DNA from: Breznakia sp. PF5-3 | GTDB taxonomy: Bacteria > Bacillota_I > Bacilli_A > Erysipelotrichales > Erysipelotrichaceae | Reading direction: 5' to 3' | Assembly (NCBI RefSeq): GCF_029504745.1 | Contig: NZ_JAQFIQ010000056.1 | Span: forward strand, 1 to 12,534 | Length of the DNA stretch: 12,534 bases | Part shown: piece by piece, positions 1 through 7,202 of the stretch | Layout: each line of letters begins with the position of its first letter | Position numbering within the stretch: the stretch's first letter is position 1 | Notes under the pieces: model-generated | The model's input: the letters and a program-made list of their open reading frames with translations, nothing else | Told to the model about the DNA's origin: nothing | Databases searched by the model: none | Made by a program: the position numbers and the translations under genes

Positions 1-62
1 TGAATCAGTTGCTGATCAACGATAAAATCGCTGAACGTATCCGCAAATACTCAGCATTCTAA
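1..62 (+). CDS. 3' end of an unidentified CDS cut by the window edge (...NQLLINDKIAERIRKYSAF*)
   Basis: The frame starting at nt 3 is open to TAA at 60..62 and a strong hairpin terminator follows. About 40% GC versus the AT-rich remainder. Too short to assign a family. Confidence 0.45.
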   Translation, partial: NQLLINDKIAERIRKYSAF

Positions 63-93
63 AAACTACTTACACACTTTTCTTGACAAACCC

Positions 94-119
94 AGCCCCT
101 ATGATAGGGGCTCTTTTAT
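94..119 (+). terminator. Rho-independent terminator, possibly bidirectional
   Basis: AGCCCCT (94..100) / loop ATGAT / AGGGGCT (106..112), followed by CTTTTATT. On the minus strand the same stem is followed by GGGTTTG, so it may also end the PTS operon about 110 nt after the regulator stop. Confidence 0.7.
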
Positions 120-229
120 TCTTTCATAATCTCTATCTAGATATTTATAAAATCAGTAACTGACTTATAGATACTGCTCAAACAATATAGTATGGTTAAA
201 TTTAAAAACTTTTTTATATTCAACCATAT

Positions 230-2161
230 CTATTCACTTTTTAAGCATTTCACAAAATTGTCAACAAAATCAGTAATTGATTCACTTTTCATAACTAGAT
301 TTAAATTGGTTGGCTCTAACAATTGTACAACCAAATTATCAAACACATTAAAGAATATCGAACGCTCATTATGTTTAACCGCGAACAATAAAACTATATT
401 TACTTGATTTTCATCCCATTGTATTGGTTTCTCTGATAAAAAAACAAACATGTTTGTTTTTTTTGCGTCCATATTAAATGAATGAGGTATTGCAATTTTT
501 CCAAATGCAGTGGAAGATTCATTTTCACGTTCTAAGACTTCGTCAACATAAGATCCATCAACACAACCATTTTTTCTCATTTCATCACAGATAAAATAAA
601 TGATGTCTTTTTTACTTGTCATCGTTTTGTTTTTAAAAAATAAATTCTTATCCGTAATTTTAAGTAAATTGTTTTTAAGAAAATCACGTTTTCTTGAAAG
701 GTTAATCTTCTCAATTTCATTACTAATTGTAAGTTTATCATTTCTTGTTAAAAAAGGAGTTATTTGTACTTTTGGAATATCACAATTTAAATCATTGCTT
801 GGAATAGTAGAAATTAATAAATCAAATTTTGACCAGTCTATCTTTTCATCATTTGTAACAATATATGAAATCACCATTTCATTTTCAAACTCCGCATTAA
901 TACTTTTAACTAATTTATCTGAATAATCATAATATTGCGGAAATAAAAGAACACATTTAATTTGTTCATTAATAAAATTGCTTTCCCGAATCATATTACC
1001 AATATGCAAAGCTAAAAAGGCCGTTTCATGATCGCTTATCGACGACTGTGTAAACTGTTTGATTTGATTTGATAATTCTACGGCATGCTCAAAGATAAGT
1101 GGACATGACATCTTTATATTTTGAGTAAGTGGATTCTTTAATTCATACTTTCGTAAAATTCTTCTGCGAAGGTTTTTTATATGCAAAGCAAACTTCACAA
1201 TAAACCCCTCATTACTTAAATCAAAATAATCCCAAGCTTTCATATTATCTAATAATTGATTAACGAGCTGCATATCTTCTTCATCAATTAAATTAGACAA
1301 ATCATCCATTTTAATTTTTAAATAATCCATCTTTGTTAAACTGCTAATTAACGTATTTGAAAATTCTTCAAATTCAGATTCTGAGTATTCAATATTATAT
1401 TTTTTCTCAACAATATTCACTAATTCATTTGCAAGATTCACTTCACTATTTTCAGGATGTTTTATAGGTGCATGCCGTGAGATATGAATAAAATTATTCA
1501 TAATTCTATCCATACCAATGGATAATTCCAAAATTAAATTTACCAAGGCATACTCATTAATGAAAAAACCATGTTTTTTCGTGTTTTCTCGTATATCATC
1601 TGCCAATTCAGGGATATTAATCTTTGGAAATATTTTAGAGATAGAATCAATACTTAATACATTTTCTGTAAACTCTTCACACAGTAAAGAACTTAACATT
1701 TTTCGTTTTTGTTTTTCTGAACCTTCTACATAAATATCATCTTTTTCGATACGAACAAAAATATTATAATCTAACAACTTTTCCTTAACATCAATAAAAT
1801 CCTTTTTCACTGTTTCATAACTGATAAATAATTGATCGCAAAAATCTTGTAAATTAATACTTGAAGCATTACTTTTTTTAAGTAGCTTCATCAACATATA
1901 AGATACTCTTTCATTTTTTGTTTCTGGCAAATCATTACTATATTCAATATGTAAAAGATCTACTGCAAGTTCACGATCAACCGTATATCCTTTATTGGTA
2001 GAGTAAATACATTTCTTTATCTTATTGATTTCAGATACATAATTTCTTATAGACTTTGTCGAAACGCCCAAAAGAAGCGATAATTCATTTGCCTTTATCA
2101 CTTCTTTTGTATTGATTAATATTTCTAATAATTTAATTTCATTTTTATTCATTCTCATCAC
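230..2161 (-). CDS. PRD-domain transcriptional activator, LicR/MtlR type (HTH - PRD1 - PRD2 - EIIB(Gat)-like - EIIA(Mtl/Fru)-like)
   Basis: 643-aa ORF. N-terminal HTH (ELSLLLGVSTKSIRNYVSEI). PRD2 His motifs FALHIKN (~H327) and FLALHIGN (~H386). IKCVLL (~C403) in an EIIB-like segment. C-terminal EIIA signature GKIAIPHS (~H560). The ORF-track start at 2161 is GTG; in-frame ATGs at 2158 and 2152 overlap the EIIA stop (2145..2147), so the true start is ambiguous within 9 nt. Confidence 0.85.
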   Translation of the reverse strand: MMRMNKNEIKLLEILINTKEVIKANELSLLLGVSTKSIRNYVSEINKIKKCIYSTNKGYTVDRELAVDLLHIEYSNDLPETKNERVSYMLMKLLKKSNASSINLQDFCDQLFISYETVKKDFIDVKEKLLDYNIFVRIEKDDIYVEGSEKQKRKMLSSLLCEEFTENVLSIDSISKIFPKINIPELADDIRENTKKHGFFINEYALVNLILELSIGMDRIMNNFIHISRHAPIKHPENSEVNLANELVNIVEKKYNIEYSESEFEEFSNTLISSLTKMDYLKIKMDDLSNLIDEEDMQLVNQLLDNMKAWDYFDLSNEGFIVKFALHIKNLRRRILRKYELKNPLTQNIKMSCPLIFEHAVELSNQIKQFTQSSISDHETAFLALHIGNMIRESNFINEQIKCVLLFPQYYDYSDKLVKSINAEFENEMVISYIVTNDEKIDWSKFDLLISTIPSNDLNCDIPKVQITPFLTRNDKLTISNEIEKINLSRKRDFLKNNLLKITDKNLFFKNKTMTSKKDIIYFICDEMRKNGCVDGSYVDEVLERENESSTAFGKIAIPHSFNMDAKKTNMFVFLSEKPIQWDENQVNIVLLFAVKHNERSIFFNVFDNLVVQLLEPTNLNLVMKSESITDFVDNFVKCLKSE

Positions 2162-2519
2162 TCAATTTTAATACTTTCTCCTCTAATTCATTAATTTTAT
2201 TATAAACCGATTCAAAAGTTTTTATTAACTTTTCGCTCATAAGTATTTCACTATTTATTGTCATCAAAGTATCCTGCGCATGAGCAAACAACAATGAATA
2301 TTCACTTTTTTTACCACGCGTTTCATCTTGAATTTGATCTGTTTGCATCTTATGTGCAACTGTAATATTCGTTGTTGCATTCTCTAAATGCTTCTTTGCA
2401 CTTTCAAAATCAAATTCAGCAATTGCATCAATAGCCATTAAATTATTTTCTCTTGCATCACCAGCATGAAGGATGATTTCCATAGAAACATTCATAATAT
2501 TGGGTGTTTTCTCTTCCAT
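2145..2519 (-). CDS. PTS lactose/cellobiose-family EIIA subunit
   Basis: 124 aa. IILHAGDAR...AHKMQTDQI...LLFAHAQDTLMT matches the ChbA/LacF/LicA pattern, with the phospho-His in HAQD. The second His of the usual HAQDH is Thr here. Confidence 0.85.
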   Translation of the reverse strand: MEEKTPNIMNVSMEIILHAGDARENNLMAIDAIAEFDFESAKKHLENATTNITVAHKMQTDQIQDETRGKKSEYSLLFAHAQDTLMTINSEILMSEKLIKTFESVYNKINELEEKVLKLSDENE

Positions 2520-2528
2520 AACTTTACC

Positions 2529-3944
2529 TTATCTTTCTCTACCATTCGTTCTTATTAGTTTTTGATACCAATAAAAACTATCTTTCTTTATTCTTTTTCC
2601 AGTTCCATCACCTTCATCATCTAAATCCACATATATAAATCCATAACGTTTTGTCATCTCACTTGATGAGCAACTTACAATATCAATTGGTGACCATAAT
2701 AAATATCCAATTACATGACATCCATCTTTAATTGCTTCACCAATTTGTTCAATATGTTTACTTACATAGTTTTGACGATACATATCATGAACCTTTTCCT
2801 CTTCAACAACATCAACTGCACCAAATCCGTTTTCAGTAATGAAAAGAGGAAGCCCTGGGTAACGGTCATTATACGTATTCAATGCAACCCGTAACCCTGT
2901 AGGATCAATTTCCCAACCCCATTCACTCTTTTCCAAATAAGGATTTGTGCTTTTAACAAACATGTTATCCAAATCGTCTTTCGAAGCATCGTTTATTTTT
3001 GTGTAATAGTAACTAAACGATAAGTAATCCATTGTATTTTCTTTAAGAATTTGCTTCTCATCATCACTCATTTTAATTGCTATTCCTTTTTCTTTAAAAT
3101 ATCTCAAAGCATAACCTGGATACTCACCACGAATTTGAACATCTGGATAAAGAAATTGCATTTGGTTCTTTCTCAAATTAAATAAAATATCTTCTGGCTT
3201 ACATGATGCTGCATGAGCAATTTTATCACTTAACATTGTACCAATCATAACATCATACTTTAATGATTTTGCATATTTTTTTACTAAAGATGATGCAACA
3301 AACTGATTGTGTGATCCTTGATAAATTGCTTTATATGCATTTTCGTGTTTCGTGAAACGAATACCAAGTGAATCAAAATTCGCCATATTGATTTGATTAA
3401 AGGTAATCCAATATTTTACCCTATTTCCATATAAATCTAAGCAACACTTTGCATAGCGAACAAAATGATGAATTGTTTCTTTGCTATACCATCCATCAAG
3501 TTCTTCGACCAATGTCGTTGGCATCTCATAGTGCGATAATGTTATGATGGGTTCCATTCCATTCTTAATAATTTCATCAATGAGATTTCCAAAGAAAGAG
3601 ACTGCATTTTCATCTGGATGCTCTTCTTTTCCAGTTGGAAACATGTAAGACCAATCAATAGAAGTACGGAATGCTTTCATTCCCATCTCTTTCATCAATT
3701 GTAAATCTTCTTTATATGTTTCATGAAAATGAATTCCTCTTCGCTTTGGATAATTTGCAGTTATATCTTCATCAAAATCAATTTCCCCAAATTTAACAGA
3801 AGTGAATTCACCTCTATCATCACGCTGTGTTTTCTTTTCGAATTTCCGATAATCCGCAATAGATGTTCCTTTTTTATATTTGTATAAGCCATCAGCTTGG
3901 TTTGAAGCAATTGCTCCTCCCCATAAGAAATCTTTTATAAACAT
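2529..3944 (-). CDS. Glycoside hydrolase family 1, 6-phospho-beta-glucosidase-like; acid/base position is Gln
   Basis: 471 aa. FLWGGAIASNQ, FRTSIDWS, LSHYEMP, SFSYYY, nucleophile motif FITENGFG (Glu at 2832..2834), and phosphate-pocket-like WSPIDIVSCSSSEMTKRYGFIYVD. RBS GAGGT lies 7 nt upstream of ATG 3944. The NEP/NEIN motif reads WITFNQIN, with Q encoded by CAA at 3393..3395. Confidence 0.9.
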   Translation of the reverse strand: MFIKDFLWGGAIASNQADGLYKYKKGTSIADYRKFEKKTQRDDRGEFTSVKFGEIDFDEDITANYPKRRGIHFHETYKEDLQLMKEMGMKAFRTSIDWSYMFPTGKEEHPDENAVSFFGNLIDEIIKNGMEPIITLSHYEMPTTLVEELDGWYSKETIHHFVRYAKCCLDLYGNRVKYWITFNQINMANFDSLGIRFTKHENAYKAIYQGSHNQFVASSLVKKYAKSLKYDVMIGTMLSDKIAHAASCKPEDILFNLRKNQMQFLYPDVQIRGEYPGYALRYFKEKGIAIKMSDDEKQILKENTMDYLSFSYYYTKINDASKDDLDNMFVKSTNPYLEKSEWGWEIDPTGLRVALNTYNDRYPGLPLFITENGFGAVDVVEEEKVHDMYRQNYVSKHIEQIGEAIKDGCHVIGYLLWSPIDIVSCSSSEMTKRYGFIYVDLDDEGDGTGKRIKKDSFYWYQKLIRTNGRER

Positions 3945-3966
3945 TCATCTACCTCATAATAAATCT

Positions 3967-5202
3967 TTAGTCTTCATCTTCATCTGTATCATATAATTCA
4001 GGATTTTGTTCTTCCTCTAAACATTTATTGTCATATATTTTGAAGAATGGGTAATAGATTACACATCCAACAGCAAATACAATAGCAGTCAAGATTATCC
4101 CAGGTACACCTGCCACAAAGAATCCTTGTAAGAACTCTGGACAATACCACATTGAAAATACTTCAGTTGGTGGAGCTATAATCCCTAAACTCATAACTAC
4201 ATATACAATAATTACAGATGCTACTGCATTAATCCACATTGGAATCATTAACATTGGATTCCAAGCAACTGCTCCAAACACAAGTGGTTCATTAATGTTT
4301 AAAATACTTGGACCAATACATGTTTTTCCTAGCATACTTAAACGCTTAGATTTAGCTCTTAACATTACAAAGGATAATGGAAGTGTTCCCCCACGTCCAC
4401 CTAATGCTAAGAATGCATATACAACTTCATCAGTAAAGATATTTGCAGCACCTGCTTCTGCATTTGCAGTAATTGCAGCCAATGCAATTGGTGCTAAAAT
4501 TGGTGAGAATACCCATCCACTAATACCCATTGAATAGAAAATGGTTGGAATTAAATATAATAACAACATTCCAGGGAAAGTTTGTGCAATATCTGTCAAT
4601 GGTTGAAATAGCGAAATAATAAACTGATATAAATCAAAGTTACATTGAATTACGACAAACCATCCTATAAATACAACTAAGAAAATAGGAATTAACGAGT
4701 CAAACCATTGTTGTATAAATCCTGGCATTGCTGAATCATCTTTAAAGAAACTAAATCCACCAAATAAATTCATAAGGAAGGCAACAAATAGTCCAGCAAC
4801 AATTGCAACAAACATACCTCCTGCCCCAAAATAACTAAAATTAAAGAGATGTCCTGTTTCCGTAACCGCAGGCTTTGTAATCATTAAGAATAGTCCAATT
4901 CCTGACATTCCAGCAATGTATTTCATCTTTTCACGTTTCTTGTGTGTTAAGATAAAATACGGAATAAAGAATGCCATAAATATGGAAACAAGTCCAAAAC
5001 TATAACTTCTTATTTCTGTTAAATCTGGAATATCTGGCAAATAATTTCTCACTACATTATATACAGTAATAATCGAACCTACTAATATCATTGGTAGAAT
5101 CTTATTAATTGAGTCTTGCAATCCTGCAACCCAAGGGTTTTGAGCGACTTTGTCCATTCTTGGAGCAACTTTATCGCTCATCCAATTTAAAAATTTATCC
5201 AT
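3967..5202 (-). CDS. PTS lactose/cellobiose-family EIIC permease
   Basis: Polytopic membrane ORF with an EIIC type-3-like N-terminus (MDKFLNWMSDKVAPRMDKVAQNPWVAGLQDS) and an acidic C-terminal tail. The ORF track starts at 5208, but AGGAGG (5215..5210) is only 1 nt from that ATG and 7 nt from the ATG at 5202, so 5202 is preferred. Confidence 0.9.
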   Translation of the reverse strand: MDKFLNWMSDKVAPRMDKVAQNPWVAGLQDSINKILPMILVGSIITVYNVVRNYLPDIPDLTEIRSYSFGLVSIFMAFFIPYFILTHKKREKMKYIAGMSGIGLFLMITKPAVTETGHLFNFSYFGAGGMFVAIVAGLFVAFLMNLFGGFSFFKDDSAMPGFIQQWFDSLIPIFLVVFIGWFVVIQCNFDLYQFIISLFQPLTDIAQTFPGMLLLYLIPTIFYSMGISGWVFSPILAPIALAAITANAEAGAANIFTDEVVYAFLALGGRGGTLPLSFVMLRAKSKRLSMLGKTCIGPSILNINEPLVFGAVAWNPMLMIPMWINAVASVIIVYVVMSLGIIAPPTEVFSMWYCPEFLQGFFVAGVPGIILTAIVFAVGCVIYYPFFKIYDNKCLEEEQNPELYDTDEDED

Positions 5203-5213
5203 AAACATGCCTC

Positions 5214-5534
5214 CTAAGCCTTTTCTTCAAATTTTGATTGTATGTGTTCTAGTGCACTTTCTCCATCAAGTAGAGCATAGTACGACTTTTTCATTACTAC
5301 TACTTTTACATTTTTTCCTTCTACTTTTTCTTCTACTTCTGGTTTAATATGTTTCATATGTGGACCAATCATAATCATATCAACTGAATCTGCATATGAA
5401 TCAATCTCGCTTTTACTACGAGCAGTTATCGATATATCTATTCCTTTTTTCTTCGCTGCTTTACTGATGTTTGTAGCCATAAACCCACTTGAAGCACCAG
5501 ATCCACAAATAAGTAATACTTTTATTTTTTCCAT
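5214..5534 (-). CDS. PTS lactose/cellobiose-family EIIB subunit
   Basis: 106 aa. MEKIKVLLICGSGASSGFMA carries the active-site Cys10 as in ChbB/LicB. RBS AAGGAG (5545..5540) precedes ATG 5534. Confidence 0.85.
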   Translation of the reverse strand: MEKIKVLLICGSGASSGFMATNISKAAKKKGIDISITARSKSEIDSYADSVDMIMIGPHMKHIKPEVEEKVEGKNVKVVVMKKSYYALLDGESALEHIQSKFEEKA

Positions 5535-5579
5535 AAATTCTCCTTTAAAATAAACTCGAGTTATTTCTTATACAACTAC

Positions 5580-5608
5580 ATTATAGATTTTACCTTTTGT
5601 CCAAGCAA
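5580..5608 (-). promoter_or_regulatory. SigmaA-type promoter of the PTS operon
   Basis: Minus strand reads TTGCTT (5608..5603), 17-nt spacer, TATAAT (5585..5580). The predicted 5' UTR of ~38 nt contains no terminator hairpin. Confidence 0.5.
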
Positions 5609-5611
5609 ATA

Positions 5612-5667
5612 AGCTTTTTCCTACACACTAGGAACCATCAAATAGCTTTTTCCTACTTACTAGGAAA
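5612..5667. promoter_or_regulatory. Two tandem palindromic boxes, candidate operator for the PRD activator
   Basis: AGCTTTTTCCTAcacacTAGGAA (5612..5634) and AGCTTTTTCCTActtacTAGGAA (5644..5666). Each contains TTCCTA-N5-TAGGAA. Centres at 5626 and 5658 are 32 bp apart, directly upstream of the -35. Confidence 0.5.
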
Positions 5668-5735
5668 GCATCTTATAAATAAAAACATTCAATTATCTTC
5701 TTTGGTTTTCTTGGTAATAAATATTTTAAGATGAT

Positions 5736-5771
5736 AACAAGAACTGCAGTGTTAGTATTGCAGCTCTTGTT
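5736..5771. repeat. Imperfect 12-bp inverted repeat / stem-loop in the spacer, function unknown
   Basis: AACAAGA-a-CTGCA (5736..5748), 10-nt loop, TGCAG-c-TCTTGTT (5759..5771). No adjacent U-tract on either strand, so it is not a canonical terminator. Confidence 0.4.
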
Positions 5772-5885
5772 AAATTAAATGCTTTTTTTATTATAATGTT
5801 CAAAAGCATAAGAAAGTCCCATTCTCATGGAGTTGTTTTTTATCATGAACCACATTTACGAATTAATCATCTAATTATATATGAT

Positions 5886-5949
5886 GGGAGTGTCAAATAG
5901 GTATGAAAATAAAACCATAGTAATAAAGAGTAAGTAGATTAATTAAGAT
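5886..5949 (+). repeat. Degenerate direct repeat, copy A (contains mini-ORF MKIKP*, 5903..5920)
   Basis: Shares ordered blocks with copy B about 260 bp downstream: GGGAG, TATGAAAATA, AATAAAGAGTA, TAATTA(A)GAT. Confidence 0.4.
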
Positions 5950-6144
5950 GTTTCGTTTTATAGGCATATTGGAGCTATCATCTAATTCTTTTAAAAGAAC
6001 AGAAGGCTTATACATAGTTTCTTAGAAAATTAAAAGAAATAAATTATGCTATAACCTTAACCCTGGCAGATAATCTCCATGTGTTGAGTTATGACTTACA
6101 ATGTTTTTATTTATCTCTTTTCTATTGGCCAAGTTTCAATGAAA

Positions 6145-6214
6145 GGGAGAGAATAAGGATAAAATATGAAAATAGTGATAAATAAAGAGTAGTCAACTAT
6201 TTACCTAATTAGAT
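6145..6214 (+). repeat. Degenerate direct repeat, copy B (contains mini-ORF MKIVINKE*, 6166..6192, with AAGGA 6 nt upstream)
   Basis: Same ordered blocks as copy A, at offsets of +259 to +266. It ends 33 nt before the start of the 6247 CDS. Confidence 0.4.
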
Positions 6215-6246
6215 TTTGACACTACCTTATAAGAAGGAGGTAAAAT

Positions 6247-6714
6247 ATGAAAAAGAAGTTACATATAAATTTATACAGATATAGTAAATATATTGTAATT
6301 GGTGGTGCTCTTGCCGCATATCCACTTTATGTTATAATATTGCGCTTGTTGAATCAAAGTAAATATCAAAGCTTATTTCCAATGACAGATACTAGCAACT
6401 ATCTCTTTATTGGCTTATGTGCAATTGCAATTACAGGAATTGTTTCATGTATTTATGGAATTGTATCTTTGGTAATAAATAAAGCAGTTTTTTATTCTGA
6501 ACATTTGGAGTATAAAACATTATTTAAAAAATATTATATTAGCTATAAAGATATGGAAAGAATACAAGAGACAAGACAAACAAAAATGAATATTATTCCA
6601 TCAACAAAAACAATTTATAAAATTATATGTAAAAATGGAAGTTATGAATTAAATAGTTATGAATTTATTGGAATAGGAAAACAATTAGATAAAATTAAAG
6701 GAGAACGTAAATGA
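6247..6714 (+). CDS. Small membrane protein: 2 TM helices plus a C-terminal PH-like (YdbS/YdbT bPH2-like) domain; uncharacterised
   Basis: Strong RBS AAGGAGG 6 nt upstream of the ATG. Basic N-terminus, hydrophobic helices at ~15-35 and ~52-77, then AVFYSEHLEYKTLFKKYYISYKDMERIQE...IYKIICKNGSYEL. This resembles a membrane-flanked bacterial PH domain by eye. No catalytic motif. Confidence 0.75.
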   Translation: MKKKLHINLYRYSKYIVIGGALAAYPLYVIILRLLNQSKYQSLFPMTDTSNYLFIGLCAIAITGIVSCIYGIVSLVINKAVFYSEHLEYKTLFKKYYISYKDMERIQETRQTKMNIIPSTKTIYKIICKNGSYELNSYEFIGIGKQLDKIKGERK

Positions 6715-7127
6715 ATATAAAAAGAACATATTGGTATCAATCAAGTAAAAAAACAAGATTAGGAGATTTATTTATTGAAAATAATACGATTAGTTTTGTG
6801 AATGATGACACAGATTATTCAAAACCAGGTGTAAGGTATATGAGTAAAAGAGCTAGAAGAAATGAACTAGCAAATGATGCAATAAAAAAAGGATTTGGAT
6901 TTTTAAAGAAAAAAGCTACAAAAGAAGTTGACGGGTTTGAATTATCACTTGCATCTTTAGAAAATATAACTATTACTTCTAAAAGGGTAGAAAGCTATCA
7001 CAATAAAGGGAGTTTCTATTATTCAAATGATGTTCAATTTGATTGTAATGGTGAGCATTATAAATTAGGAGTACATGCAGATGAAGAAGATTTTTACAAA
7101 GAATTGGAAACAATGTTAAAAAAATAA
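6711..7127 (+). CDS. Small soluble Lys-rich protein with a PH/GRAM-like strand pattern; uncharacterised
   Basis: ATGA start/stop overlap with the upstream gene (6711..6714). RBS AAGGAGA 6 nt upstream. LGDLFIENNTISFV ... FELSLASLENITITSKR ... VQFDCNGEHYKLGV ... terminal helix EEDFYKELETMLKK. Confidence 0.75.
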   Translation: MNIKRTYWYQSSKKTRLGDLFIENNTISFVNDDTDYSKPGVRYMSKRARRNELANDAIKKGFGFLKKKATKEVDGFELSLASLENITITSKRVESYHNKGSFYYSNDVQFDCNGEHYKLGVHADEEDFYKELETMLKK

Positions 7128-7145
7128 TACAAAGAATTAAACCGT

Positions 7146-7170
7146 ACCCCCGGACTATCTGGGGGTTTTA
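7146..7170 (+). terminator. Rho-independent terminator of the two-gene cassette
   Basis: ACCCCCGG..CTGGGGGT stem (CCCCC 7147..7151 / GGGGG 7161..7165) followed by TTTT, 19 nt after the stop at 7127. Confidence 0.75.
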
Positions 7171-7173
7171 GTA

Positions 7174-7202
7174 ACAAAAAGGATGATATCTCATACCATC
7201 CT
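7174..7202 (-). terminator. Probable rho-independent terminator for the minus-strand ABC operon
   Basis: Minus strand reads AGGATGGTAT-gag-ATATCATCCT (10 bp with one G.U) followed by TTTTTGTT. It sits ~210 nt downstream of the permease stop, back to back with the plus-strand terminator. Confidence 0.45.

Noticed and set aside
1-120. Higher GC (~40%) at the extreme left versus ~28% elsewhere, considered as an island boundary
   Set aside because: Only ~60 coding nt are available. No integrase, tRNA, att-like repeat or other mobility marker is present in the window.
5553-5562. Perfect 10-bp palindrome AACTCGAGTT in the PTS operon 5' UTR, considered as a CcpA cre site
   Set aside because: When aligned on the central CG it matches the cre consensus TGWAANCGNTNWCA at only a few positions (no TG...CA ends). 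It is too short to call an operator without comparative data.
5535-5700. RAT/terminator antitermination element or a sigma54 (-24/-12) promoter upstream of the PTS operon
   Set aside because: The regulator has DNA-binding HTH domains rather than a CAT RNA-binding domain. The predicted leader is only ~38 nt with no terminator hairpin. No TGGCAC-N5-TTGC element is present.
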